Part shown: positions 38,837 through 48,484 of the stretch, piece after piece
How the letters are laid out: each line of letters opens with the position of its first letter
Position numbering within the stretch: the stretch's first letter is position 1
NCBI GenBank assembly: GCA_963692865.2
Contig: OY843592.1
Location: 2,720,001 to 2,784,000, forward strand
Origin: a bacterium
GTDB taxonomy: Bacteria; UBA8248
Length of the DNA stretch: 64,000 bases
Reading direction: 5' to 3'
Translations under genes and position numbers: made by a program
Notes under the pieces: model-generated
Seen by the model: only the letters and a program-made list of their open reading frames with translations
Told to the model about the DNA's origin: nothing
Database searches by the model: none

Positions 38837-38866
38837 AAAAAAACCGCCTCCATGTGGAAGCGGTTT
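38837..38866 (-). terminator. Intrinsic terminator of the Rieske/cytochrome b operon
   Basis: AAACCGCCTCCA-tg-TGGAAGCGGTTT hairpin with a T run on the minus strand. Confidence 0.6.
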
Positions 38867-38915
38867 CAAAATTTCGGGTAGTTATCAGCTAGTCGATCTC
38901 GTGTCCTTCAATCCC

Positions 38916-39023
38916 CTAGACCAGCAAGTAAATCACGCCCGAGACGACGAGCAGAGCGACCGCGGCCACCTTCACGCCACAGGCGTCCCACCACAGATGT
39001 TTGCGCTGTCTGTCCTGAACCAT
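38916..39023 (-). CDS. 35-aa single-TM small protein (not in the ORF track)
   Basis: MVQDRQRKHLWWDACGVKVAAVALLVVSGVIYLLV*; GGAG RBS; 20 bp after the subunit IV stop and before the terminator. Confidence 0.55.
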   Translation of the reverse strand: MVQDRQRKHLWWDACGVKVAAVALLVVSGVIYLLV

Positions 39024-39043
39024 CTTCTCCGCTCAAGCAAAAA

Positions 39044-39823
39044 CTAAATGTTGAACCAGGGCGTAACGAGAACGTATTTGACGTTGAGCCCGATGCGCAG
39101 GGCCATTTTCGCCACTATCCCCATCATCGTCATGTTGAGCGACGCCTTGATGAGATAGCGCACCAGGCCGACGTTCTTCATGCGCTCGCGCCGCCAGATG
39201 TAATATGCCGGTATGGTGGCGTACCAGAGCACGATCAACGCCGTACCCGCCGCCGCCTGGCCCCAGTAGCTCCTGAAGCCCAGCATGTAGGGCAGGTCCA
39301 CGTTCGTGAGCGCCACGACCTTGTGCGGGTCCCAGTACTCCCAGGGCATGAAGAAGTTCCATCCCGGCCCGCGCAGGAAGGTTCCCTGCACCACCATCCA
39401 AATCCACAGGACCAGAAAACCGAACAGGAAGGTGAAGATGGCGAACCTGCGTTCGTGAAAGGTGTAGTACCCGTTCCCCTTGGGGTTCACGTCGATGAAG
39501 GGAATGGCCATCAGGCCCACGATGATGAGGGTGGGCAGCACGACGCCCGCCATCCACGGGTCGAAATAGACGAGCAACTCCTGGAGGCCCAGGAAATACC
39601 ACGGCGCCTTCGAGGGGTTCGGCGTGACGGAAGGGTTCGCGGGCTCCTCGAGCGGCGCGTCGATAACAATGGACCACACCACCAGGAATATGGTGATGAT
39701 TATCGCGCACATGAATTCGAGGCGCGTCAAGTAGGGCCAGACGTGAACCTTGTCGTTCACGCGCTCCCAACTCGTCTTGGCCATCTCATCGGCAGAGCCG
39801 ACTACCCTGTCTTCCTTCGCCAA
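39044..39823 (-). CDS. Cytochrome b C-terminal subunit (subunit IV/QcrC-like)
   Basis: WPYL, PANPSVTPNPSKAPWYFLGLQELL (PEWY-equivalent), PFID and FLRGPGW. Confidence 0.88.
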   Translation of the reverse strand: MAKEDRVVGSADEMAKTSWERVNDKVHVWPYLTRLEFMCAIIITIFLVVWSIVIDAPLEEPANPSVTPNPSKAPWYFLGLQELLVYFDPWMAGVVLPTLIIVGLMAIPFIDVNPKGNGYYTFHERRFAIFTFLFGFLVLWIWMVVQGTFLRGPGWNFFMPWEYWDPHKVVALTNVDLPYMLGFRSYWGQAAAGTALIVLWYATIPAYYIWRRERMKNVGLVRYLIKASLNMTMMGIVAKMALRIGLNVKYVLVTPWFNI

Positions 39824-39855
39824 TGTTCTCGCCCTTCCCTTTTATGCCCCGAAAC

Positions 39856-40644
39856 CTACAGGGGCCCGGATATGCCCCCGTCTTTCCGGATTCTCCAGAA
39901 GTGCACCATCATCAGAATCGCCGCTATGAGCGGAACGACGATGCAATGCAGCACGTAGAAGCGCAAAAGCGTGGGCGGACCGACGATGGTTCCGCCCAGG
40001 AGCGCGGAGCGCGCGTCGAAACGCGGCGTTACGCCCACCATTTCGGCGAACGGGCCCTCGGACCCCAGCAGGGGCGTGGCCCGCGCCATATTGGTTCCCA
40101 CCGTCACCGCCCAGATGGCGAGCTGGTCCCAGGGGAGCAGATAGCCGGTGAAGCTCAGCAGCAGCGTGAGCGTGAGCAAGAGCACGCCGATGACCCAGTT
40201 GAACTCGCGCGGCGGCTTGTAGGAACCCGTCATGAAGACGCGCAGCATGTGCAGCCACACGGCGATGACCATGGCGTGCGCCGCCCAGCGGTGCATGTTG
40301 CGCATGAACATGCCGAAGGGGGCGTCGAATTCGAGGTACTTGATGTCGGCGTAGGCGTACTCGCCCACGGGCCTGTAGTAGAACATCAGGACCACGCCGG
40401 TGACGACGAGGTAGAGGAACAGCAGGAACGTCACCCCGCCCATGCACCACGTGAAGCGGATGCGGATGGCGTGGCGCCTGATTTTCGTGGGGTGCAGGTG
40501 CAGCCAGAGGTTGTCCACCACCATGAGAACGCGGTTTCTCGGCGTGTCCTCATACCCGTGGCGGAACATCGACCTCCACACCTGGGAGTCGAGCACACTG
40601 CGTTTCACCTGCTCCAGATTCAAGCGTTCCTTCAAACTCGGCAT
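39856..40644 (-). CDS. qcrB: Cytochrome b6-like N-terminal subunit
   Basis: WCMGG (heme ci Cys), [36 protein letters not shown] and HFWRIRK. Confidence 0.9.
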   Translation of the reverse strand: MPSLKERLNLEQVKRSVLDSQVWRSMFRHGYEDTPRNRVLMVVDNLWLHLHPTKIRRHAIRIRFTWCMGGVTFLLFLYLVVTGVVLMFYYRPVGEYAYADIKYLEFDAPFGMFMRNMHRWAAHAMVIAVWLHMLRVFMTGSYKPPREFNWVIGVLLLTLTLLLSFTGYLLPWDQLAIWAVTVGTNMARATPLLGSEGPFAEMVGVTPRFDARSALLGGTIVGPPTLLRFYVLHCIVVPLIAAILMMVHFWRIRKDGGISGPL

Positions 40645-40690
40645 CTATAAACCCCCACGAACTCGCATCGAACAAACATGAAAACCTACA

Positions 40691-41248
40691 TCACGTAAAG
40701 AGAAAGGAACCCGGGTCGCTCCATTGCCCCTTCTCGTGGAGAAAAAGCTTGCCCTTGTCGATAATCAACTGTCCATCCTCAGCCAGGCCGATTTTCAGCC
40801 TCTCGAGCGGCCTCGGGGCCGGACCCTCGAAGTTGATGCCGGATCTCCGGAACCCGCTCCCGTGGCACGGGCACTTGAACTTGTCCTCGGAGCCCAGGTA
40901 CTTCGGCGTGCATCCCAGATGGGTGCATATCGCGCTCAGGGCGTAGAATCCGTTCTCTTCGCGGATGATCCACACGCGCTCGCTGTTCACATAGCGAGTG
41001 TCCACCACACCCACGGCGTAGTCCGCCGGATCCCCCGCCTTGAACTCGGTGGGCGGTTCGAACAGAACGCGCGGGAACATGAAGCGCAAGAATCCCAGCA
41101 GCGCGACGTGGATGGCGCCCAGAATGCCGAGCCACCCCGTGTAGTTCATGAACCGCCTGCGGTCGATGAACGGTTTCTTCTCCTTCGCCTCCGACTCGTA
41201 ATCGGCGGGCAGCTTCACTGGAGGTGCTTTCAAACGAGTGTTCACCAT
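40691..41248 (-). CDS. qcrA: Rieske [2Fe-2S] subunit
   Basis: Tat-like RRRF plus TM helix; CTHLGC and CPCHGS; GPAPRPL. Confidence 0.92.
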   Translation of the reverse strand: MVNTRLKAPPVKLPADYESEAKEKKPFIDRRRFMNYTGWLGILGAIHVALLGFLRFMFPRVLFEPPTEFKAGDPADYAVGVVDTRYVNSERVWIIREENGFYALSAICTHLGCTPKYLGSEDKFKCPCHGSGFRRSGINFEGPAPRPLERLKIGLAEDGQLIIDKGKLFLHEKGQWSDPGSFLFT

Positions 41249-41605
41249 GACTCTGCACTCCTGTTCAGCGGCTCGAAACACCTTTCCACTTCGCGCATCC
41301 GACAGCCTGCTTCCCGCCAAGCGTCGCACAAGTCCATTATCCCCCATAACGACGGATAATGAAACCGATTCGCTTGGTTTCGCCACGGGCGGCGCATGGC
41401 CTCGCCGGACGCCGAGACCATAGGGATATCAGCTATCGACAAATTCTTATTACGGACGAAAGCAACCGATGTCAAGGGCGGATGCGCGTTTCTCGCCCGA
41501 TGACGGGAGATCGGCGAACTTGTGAACGGCTTTCTTCTGGAATACGATAAAATATGTGAAGCAACAGGAGAAATTCTCCTGTTGCATGAATCGACGGGAG
41601 CAGCG

Positions 41606-41896
41606 ATGAAACGGGATGAAGTCCTGAAAATTCTCCGGGCGCATAAAGGGATACTCGCGGAGCGCTTCGGCGTCGCCGAACTCGCCATTTTCGGCTCTTT
41701 CGCGCGCGACGAAGCCGGTGAGGACAGCGACGTGGATATTCTGGTGCGCTTCGAGGGGCCGGCGCACTGGAGGCGATTTTTCGACGCGCAGTTCTACATC
41801 GAGGATCTGTTGGGCCGCGAGGTCGATCTTGCGACGGATAAGATGGTGCGGGCCGAGATACGCCCCTACGTCGAGCGGGAGAGCGTCCATGTCTGA
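41606..41896 (+). CDS. Minimal nucleotidyltransferase antitoxin (MntA family)
   Basis: FGSFARDEAGEDSDVDILV (GSX10DXD). Confidence 0.9.
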   Translation: MKRDEVLKILRAHKGILAERFGVAELAIFGSFARDEAGEDSDVDILVRFEGPAHWRRFFDAQFYIEDLLGREVDLATDKMVRAEIRPYVERESVHV

Positions 41897-42260
41897 GGCA
41901 GGTCATGGCGGACGCGAATGGCGCTTTTACGTGCAGGACATGATCGAGTTCTGCGGCAGGGTACTGGATTACACCGCGGGATTGGACCAGGCGATATTCG
42001 TCGCCAGCAAGATCACCTACGACGCCACACTGCGAAACCTCGAACTCATCGGCGAGGCGGCGACCCACGTCCCTGAGGAGGTGCGCGACAAGTATCCTGA
42101 TATCCCCTGGGGCAGCATCATCGGAGCGCGAAACCAGTTAGCTCACGGCTATATGAGAATGGACGATAACCTCGTCTGGACCATAATCGAGGATGGAATT
42201 CCCAGCCTGTTGCCGCAACTGCAAAATCTGCTGCGCACGGAGGCAGAAGACCGAACCTAG
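41889..42260 (+). CDS. HEPN RNase toxin (HepT/DUF86)
   Basis: RNLELIGEAA and RNQLAHGY (RX4HXY); overlaps the MNT stop. Confidence 0.9.
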   Translation: MSEAGHGGREWRFYVQDMIEFCGRVLDYTAGLDQAIFVASKITYDATLRNLELIGEAATHVPEEVRDKYPDIPWGSIIGARNQLAHGYMRMDDNLVWTIIEDGIPSLLPQLQNLLRTEAEDRT

Positions 42261-42469
42261 ATGGCGGTTCGCTTCGTTAAATTTTTCAGCAGGGACAGGT
42301 CGCGCCACAAAGCCATTTCGCATCCACCGCCGGGTTCTCGCTCGTCATTCCGGCGCATACCGCTTGAACCCAACGCAGAGGCAGGGTTCCAGCAACGAAG
42401 TTTTCCTCGTCCACGGCAAACGCTCCCGCATTGGTCGCGTCAATCGCTCCCTTATCAGTCGCGCTTGAC

Positions 42470-43459
42470 CTACAACCCCGCCCTGTTGTTCTCCTTCACC
42501 GCCCTGTTCACGACGTTCACGGGCCATTCGCCGGAGAGCACGCGGCGCACCTCGCCCGGCGCGCCCTGCTGGAGTCCCACCATGGACTCCTCGCTGTACC
42601 ATGCCGCGTGGGGGTTGATGATCACGTTGTCCCGCCCTCTCAAGGGGTGCGGGTCAGGCAGGGGCTCGGGGTCGGCCGTGTCCAGGGCGCAGCCGGCGAT
42701 TTCGCCCGCGTCGAGCGCGCGCACGAGGGCGTCGGTGTCGATGATGGGGCCGCGCGAGCAGTTGATGACGACGGCGGTGTTCTTCATCTGCGCGAACGCC
42801 TCGTCGTTCATCATCCCGCGCGTCTGGGGGATGAGCGGCGGGTGGATGGAGACGAAATCAGACTGCGCGAACATTTCCGCCAGTTCCATCTTCTCCCCCG
42901 GCGCGTCGAACCGGCCCTGCTCCACGAAGGGGTCGTTGAACAGCACCCGCATCCCGAACGACGCGGCGCGGACGGCCACCATGCGGGCGATGTTCCCGAA
43001 CCCCACGAGCCCCAGCGTGGCGCCCACGAGGCGGAACATGGGCTTGCCCGGCGGCACGGCCCACTCGCCCGCGCGCACCCGGCGGTCGTAGAAGGCCACC
43101 TTCCTCGCCGATGCGAGCAGGAGCGCCATCGTGTGCTCGGCGACCTCCTCGATGCAGTAGGTGGGGTTGTTGGTTACGATGATGCCCGCCTCCGTGGCGG
43201 CGTCCAGGTCTATCGTGTCCACGCCGATGCCGTAGCGCGCGATGATCTTGCAGTTCGGCATCCCCCCCATGTCCTCTCGCGTGATGGGGCCGGCGTAGGT
43301 GTTCAAGACCGCGTCGCAATCGGCGGCTTCCGCCAGGAATTCCGCGGGCGTTTTCGTCTGCATGGCGACGATATCGGCCAGTTCTCCCAAAATCTCGTTC
43401 TCCACGTCCAGGGACTCCCAGACGTAATCGGTCAGGACGACTTTCGCCTTATCCGGCAT
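42470..43459 (-). CDS. D-isomer-specific 2-hydroxyacid dehydrogenase (CtBP-like)
   Basis: RYGIGVD, GFGNIA, NCSRG and PHAAWYS. Confidence 0.9.
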   Translation of the reverse strand: MPDKAKVVLTDYVWESLDVENEILGELADIVAMQTKTPAEFLAEAADCDAVLNTYAGPITREDMGGMPNCKIIARYGIGVDTIDLDAATEAGIIVTNNPTYCIEEVAEHTMALLLASARKVAFYDRRVRAGEWAVPPGKPMFRLVGATLGLVGFGNIARMVAVRAASFGMRVLFNDPFVEQGRFDAPGEKMELAEMFAQSDFVSIHPPLIPQTRGMMNDEAFAQMKNTAVVINCSRGPIIDTDALVRALDAGEIAGCALDTADPEPLPDPHPLRGRDNVIINPHAAWYSEESMVGLQQGAPGEVRRVLSGEWPVNVVNRAVKENNRAGL

Positions 43460-43622
43460 GTTGTTCCCCTTTTACTGGTTTCCATGATGGCCTGAAAAAT
43501 TTCCCGGCGATGCTATCCCACGGGCATAAGGGAATCAAGGCGTCAGGCCCATTCCTTGACCCCCGAGAGGCGCTGTAATAGCCTCGTTCATGGTTTCCCT
43601 TATCCAGAAAGGCGGAGAGCGC

Positions 43623-44189
43623 ATGGCCGACATCGACTCGTTCAGGCTCAGCCCCGAGGACTGCCTCCTGCTCATCGTCGACGCGCAGGAGCGGCTCATG
43701 TCCGCCATGCGCGAAGACGTGCGCGCGCAGGTCGTCGGGCGCATCCTGACGCTGACCGAAGCGGCGAAGCGCCTTGGTTTCCCGGTCCTCGTCACCGAGC
43801 AATACCCAAAGGGACTCGGCCCCACCGTCGCCGCGGTGGCGGAGAAGGCGCCGGGGTTCGCCCCCATCGAGAAGATCGCGTTCAGCTGCTGCGCCGAGGA
43901 GACGTTCCTGCCCCGCCTGCACGAGACGGGCCGGACGAAGATACTGCTCACGGGGGCCGAAACCCACGTGTGCTGCTACCAGACGGCGCTCGACCTGCTG
44001 GAGAACGGCTTCATCGTCCACGCCGTGGCCGACGCCACCTGTTCGCGCTCGAAGCTGAACTGGCGGACGGGGCTCTCGGCCCTGGAGCGCGCGGGCGTCA
44101 TTCCCGCCACGACCGAACAGGCGCTCTTCGACCTGCTCCGCGTGGCGGGCACCGAGGATTTCAAAATCCTCTCGAAACTGATACGCTAA
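43623..44189 (+). CDS. Isochorismatase-family hydrolase
   Basis: VDAQERL, TEQYPKGLG, KIAFSC and ETHVCCYQT. Confidence 0.88.
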   Translation: MADIDSFRLSPEDCLLLIVDAQERLMSAMREDVRAQVVGRILTLTEAAKRLGFPVLVTEQYPKGLGPTVAAVAEKAPGFAPIEKIAFSCCAEETFLPRLHETGRTKILLTGAETHVCCYQTALDLLENGFIVHAVADATCSRSKLNWRTGLSALERAGVIPATTEQALFDLLRVAGTEDFKILSKLIR

Positions 44190-44242
44190 ACCCTGCGCCC
44201 ACCTGAAACACTTCACACGCCCCGAGGAAGGACCCGCCGCAA

Positions 44243-45337
44243 ATGGCGTCTGCATCCCGAAAGAGAAGCGTCGGCGTGGTGTTCGGCGGCAGATCGACCG
44301 AGCACGAGGTGAGTTGCAACTCGGGCCGGGCCATCATGGCGGAGCTCGACGCCGAAAAATACGACGTCCATCCCCTCCTCATCACGAAGTCGGGCGCGTG
44401 GATCGCCCTCCCCCATCCGGACGCCCCGGAAGATGCGGGCGAAGAAGTGCTCTTCTCGGGCACGCCGAGAGAAGCGCCGCTCAAGTACGCCGAAGGCGGT
44501 GAGGATGTCAAGATCGACGTATTCTTCCCCATCATCCACGGCACGTTCGGGGAGGACGGCACGCTCCAGGGTCTCTTCGAGCTCGCGGAGGTTCCCTTCG
44601 TGGGTTCGGGGTGCGCGTCTTCGGCCGTCACGATGGACAAGGCCGTCGCCAAGGCGGTGCTGCGCGCGGCGGGGCTGCCCGTTCTGCCCGCGCTCACGCT
44701 CTACCCCGAAATCTGGACGGCGAATCGCGAGGCGATCTCGGAGGAGGCGGCATCCAAGATCGGCTATCCCCTGTTCGTCAAACCCTCTTCATCGGGCAGC
44801 AGCGTCGGCGTCCACCTGGTGGAGCGGCCCGACGATCTTCCCGACGCCGTCGCCGACGCCTTCCGCTTCGACGGCAAGGCGCTGATCGAAGAACACGCGC
44901 AGGGGCGCGAACTGGAGTGCGCCGTGCTCGAGGGGCCCTCGCTCGGAGAATTCCTCGCCAGCCCCCTCATGGAGATCAGGACGCATTCGGGCTGGTACGA
45001 CTACGAGGCGAAATACACCGAAGGCCGCGCCGAATTGATCCTCCCGGCGCCGGTGGAGGAATCACTCGCCGGGCGCGCGCGCCACTACGCGCGGGGCGCG
45101 TTCCGCGCCCTGGGCTGTTCGGGACTCGCGCGCGTGGACTTCTTCTACCGGGAGAGGACGGGCGAGACCTACATCAACGAGGTGAACACCCTGCCCGGCT
45201 TCACGCAGTTGAGCGGATATCCGCGCATGATCCGGGCGGCGGGCGTCTCCTACCCCGAAATGCTGGACCGGCTCATCTCTTGCGCGCTGGCGCGCCGCGA
45301 GAAACTTGCGATGAGGCAATACGACCGAAACGCCTGA
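44243..45337 (+). CDS. ddl: D-alanine--D-alanine ligase
   Basis: GGRSTEHEVS, HGTFGEDG, GSSVG, YDYEAKY and NEVNTLPG. Confidence 0.95.
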   Translation: MASASRKRSVGVVFGGRSTEHEVSCNSGRAIMAELDAEKYDVHPLLITKSGAWIALPHPDAPEDAGEEVLFSGTPREAPLKYAEGGEDVKIDVFFPIIHGTFGEDGTLQGLFELAEVPFVGSGCASSAVTMDKAVAKAVLRAAGLPVLPALTLYPEIWTANREAISEEAASKIGYPLFVKPSSSGSSVGVHLVERPDDLPDAVADAFRFDGKALIEEHAQGRELECAVLEGPSLGEFLASPLMEIRTHSGWYDYEAKYTEGRAELILPAPVEESLAGRARHYARGAFRALGCSGLARVDFFYRERTGETYINEVNTLPGFTQLSGYPRMIRAAGVSYPEMLDRLISCALARREKLAMRQYDRNA

Positions 45338-45399
45338 TCGCTTCTCCCCCTTTGCAACGTCGATGCGCGTCATGCCGTCTGTCCGAGAAGAGCACCCCC

Positions 45400-46000
45400 T
45401 CCGACAAGTTCAGGAGCGCCCTTCGATACAAACGCTCCTTTCTCAGTCGCGTTTTTCCTTCGGCGGCTACTCAGGGTGAAGAAAACAAAAAACACCCTCA
45501 TCCCGAGTAGGCGCGCTTGCGCGCCGTATCGAGGGATTGATCCGACCGGGGAGGGAGGGTCAAAAAGCGCGCATGGGCGCGACGGTTTTGTAGCCGGACA
45601 ACCCCTCCTCGGGGTTGTCCGGCCCTCTGTGGTTGTCCTTCATCAGGACAGGCACAGAGGCCTGTCCCTACGCGAGAACCGCGTTTTTATAGGAGCCGCG
45701 GGATGTGGGTTTTGCCCGTCATTCCGGCGAATGCCGGAATCCAGGGACTTTGCTTTTCGTTCTTTGGCCGTCATTCCGGGCGAATGAATGAGGAAATGGA
45801 ACGCGGTAATTTACCCTTCTCATCGGTTCTGGATTCCGCATTTCCTCCCGCCTTGGTCGGAAATGATGCCGGAATGACGATCAAAAGCACCTCCGCGAAC
45901 GGAGGGTTCCGTGTAGGGGCCGCATACCATGCGGCCCGTGTCAGGCGGCGAAAAAGGCCGGGTCGCATGGTATGTCGGACATATATGTCCGACATACATC
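45400..46000. repeat. Intergenic mosaic of several REP-like palindrome families
   Basis: CCTTCGA...CTACTCAGGGTGA, GGACAACCCC..GGGGTTGTCC, GGACAGGC..GCCTGTCCCTAC, GTCATTCCGGCGAATGCCGGAATCC and GTATGTCGGACATATATGTCCGACATAC. Confidence 0.7.
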
Positions 46001-46025
46001 CCATCCGTTGAACCGGTTCTCTACA

Positions 46026-47027
46026 TCATGCCCGCAGGCAATCATCGAGAAACTCGAACGCCCGCTCCTCGGCCCAGAAGAGGGGCGCGCGGGGGTCGCC
46101 GCCGGACACGAAGCCCACGTGGCCGCCCTTTTCCGATAAAACGCCGCTCAGCCATTTTGATTCTTCCACCTGTTCGCGCGGAAAAACATGAGGCGGCACG
46201 ATGGGGTCGTCCGCTGCGGCGAGGATGAGCGTCTTCACGCGGATGTGGGGCAACCAAGGCGAGGCGTCCGCCTGTTCGTAATAATCCAGCTCGTCCCGGA
46301 AGCCGTATATGGGCGCGATGACGAGGCGGTCGAAACGGTGGAACGTCCGCGCGCGGCGCACTCCCTCGATGTCGATGAGACCGGGGTGTAGCTTTTCGAA
46401 AATCTCTGCTTTTCTCTTGACGCTGCCCAAAAGGTGCCGCCTGTAGATAAAGCCGCCCGCGGAATCGAGCGCCTTCGCGCACGCGGCGGGCCTGAGGCTG
46501 GCGGAAACGCAGGCGGCCCCGCGTATGCGAGGCGAAACCTCATCGCCGCATTCCCCGAGCCACTTGAGCAGGACGTTTCCCCCGAGCGAGAAACCCGCGA
46601 GCACGAGCGGCCCGCCGAACCTCTCCAGCATACGCTTGACGACGAAGTCCAGATCCCCCGTTTCCCCGCAATGGTAGAACCTGGGCTTCCGGTTCGGCTC
46701 GCCGCCGCACGAACGGTAGTTGAGCGCCAGCGTCCGCCAGCCGAGGGCGCGCGCCCTGGCCGCCGCGCCGCGGGCGTAATGGGAATCGGCCGAGCCTTCC
46801 AGGCCGTGGAGGACGAGCAGCGTCGGGGCGTCCGGCTCGCCTGCGTCTAACGGATCTAAAAAATCAACGTCCAGAAAATCGCCGTCGGGCGTGTCCCAAC
46901 GCTCGCGCCGCCAGGGGATGCGCGGGTGTTTTCTCAGGAAATAGCCCCACACGCTCTGGAGATGCCGCCCCCGGCAGTACCAGGCCGGACGGAACGGGGG
47001 GGTGAGCGAGGAAGCGTTAAGTTTCAT
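46026..47027 (-). CDS. YheT-family alpha/beta hydrolase
   Basis: HLQS, DGDFLD, HGLEG, GFSLGG, DDPIV and GGHVGF. Confidence 0.9.
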   Translation of the reverse strand: MKLNASSLTPPFRPAWYCRGRHLQSVWGYFLRKHPRIPWRRERWDTPDGDFLDVDFLDPLDAGEPDAPTLLVLHGLEGSADSHYARGAAARARALGWRTLALNYRSCGGEPNRKPRFYHCGETGDLDFVVKRMLERFGGPLVLAGFSLGGNVLLKWLGECGDEVSPRIRGAACVSASLRPAACAKALDSAGGFIYRRHLLGSVKRKAEIFEKLHPGLIDIEGVRRARTFHRFDRLVIAPIYGFRDELDYYEQADASPWLPHIRVKTLILAAADDPIVPPHVFPREQVEESKWLSGVLSEKGGHVGFVSGGDPRAPLFWAEERAFEFLDDCLRA

Positions 47028-47148
47028 GACGCGCGCATGGGAGCTGATGAACAATCCCGATGAAGCAAGGTTTGACTCGACTGATGAGAGAGCAAGATAC
47101 GCTTCCTCCTTGAAGACCGATCTTTTCTCCTCGGATACCGACCCCCAA

Positions 47149-47419
47149 GGGGCTGTTGAGAAAGTCCCAGGCAGCGAATTTGAGTTGCGCGCGCTTTTGA
47201 AGTTCACTCCCCCCTTGAGGGGGAGTCGGTGAGGTGAGGGAGCTTTTTCCCCGAAACCGAACCGGTGGGGGGAGTTTTTGATTTTGCTTGGAAATTACAA
47301 TTGAAAATCATCCCCCCACCGCATCAACCTTCGCCCTTAAGGGCTTGGTTTCTGCGACTCCCCCTCAAGGGGGGAGTGAAATTCAGTGCCCTCCTTTTGA
47401 GGGCTTTTTCAACGGCCCC
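47149..47419. mobile_element. MITE-like element carrying CTCCCCCTT-AGGGGGAG palindromes
   Basis: Ends GGGGCTGTTGAGAAAGTCC and GGGCTTTTTCAACGGCCCC; the interior is itself a long imperfect inverted repeat. Confidence 0.65.
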
Positions 47420-47547
47420 ATAAGGGGGAGTTGATGTTAAGTGCTCTACAAAGGGGGGAGTGATTCGAACCCTCCCTCCCCGGTCGGCTCCATAGGCCGA
47501 ATCACGAAATCATGACTTTTCCAACAACCCCGCATGCGGGGCTGCGA

Positions 47548-48465
47548 TCAGGCGTCCTGATCGAGGAACGCTCTATAGATGCCCTCGCGGTGCGTCGGCG
47601 GGTCGAAGCGGTATTCCTTCTCGTATTTCTGCGCCAGCACCTGGTAGAGGCCCAGCGAATTGCAGAAAAACGCGTTCGACGAGCAGACCAGCCAGACCCG
47701 GTAGATCCGGTAGGTGCGCTCGCCGACGAGTTCCCGTATCCGCCCGGCGTTTTCCTCGAACTTCTCGTACCAGTGCTTGCACGTGCGCGCGTAGTGGAGC
47801 CTCAGGTTCTCGACGTCCAGAATCTCCCAGTGCGCCAGTTCCATGACGTCCTGGATGTGGGAGATGTTGTCCATCTCTCCGTTGGGGAAGACGTTTCGCA
47901 GCAGAAACTCGCTCTGGCTCGTGGGCTTCCAGAACTTGTTCGTCGTGATCCCGTGGTTCAGGAACAGGCCCCCGTCGCGCAGGCGGTTTCTCACCGAGGT
48001 GAAGTAACTCATGTAGTTCGCGATGCCGACGTGTTCGATGATGCCGATGGCGGAGATCTTGTCGAACGTCCTCTCTTCGGGAAAGTCGCGGTAGTCCATG
48101 TGGTGGATCTCGCACCTCTCCTCGACCCCCTCGCGGCGCGCCCACTCCCGGCCCCACTTCGCCTGCTCGCGCGAGAGCGTCACGGCCGTCGCGTTCACGC
48201 CGTAGCGCTTCGCGGCCCATATCGCCAGCGAGCCCCACCCGCAGCCGATGTCGAGGTAATCCTCGCCGGGCGAGAGCCTGAGCTTCCGGCAGACGAGGTC
48301 CATCTTGTCGCGCTGCGCCTGGGCGAGGCCGCCGTCCGGCGTGCGGTAGTAGGCGCACGTATAGAGCATGTTCTCGCACAGGAACTGCTCGTAGAACTCG
48401 TTGGAGAGATCGTAGTGGTGCGATATCGCCTCTGCGTCGAATTCCTTTGTCCGCTCTTTTACCAT
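47548..48465 (-). CDS. Cyclopropane fatty acyl phospholipid synthase-family methyltransferase, catalytic domain only
   Basis: ISHHYDLSNEFY, YTCAYY, LDIGCGWG, EHVG and LHYART; no N-terminal domain. Confidence 0.92.
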   Translation of the reverse strand: MVKERTKEFDAEAISHHYDLSNEFYEQFLCENMLYTCAYYRTPDGGLAQAQRDKMDLVCRKLRLSPGEDYLDIGCGWGSLAIWAAKRYGVNATAVTLSREQAKWGREWARREGVEERCEIHHMDYRDFPEERTFDKISAIGIIEHVGIANYMSYFTSVRNRLRDGGLFLNHGITTNKFWKPTSQSEFLLRNVFPNGEMDNISHIQDVMELAHWEILDVENLRLHYARTCKHWYEKFEENAGRIRELVGERTYRIYRVWLVCSSNAFFCNSLGLYQVLAQKYEKEYRFDPPTHREGIYRAFLDQDA

Positions 48466-48484
48466 GGCCGCCTCAATGTTTGGT

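Noticed and set aside
45400-47500. Possible CRISPR array
   Set aside because: The repeats are heterogeneous palindromes without constant length or unique spacers, and no cas genes are present.
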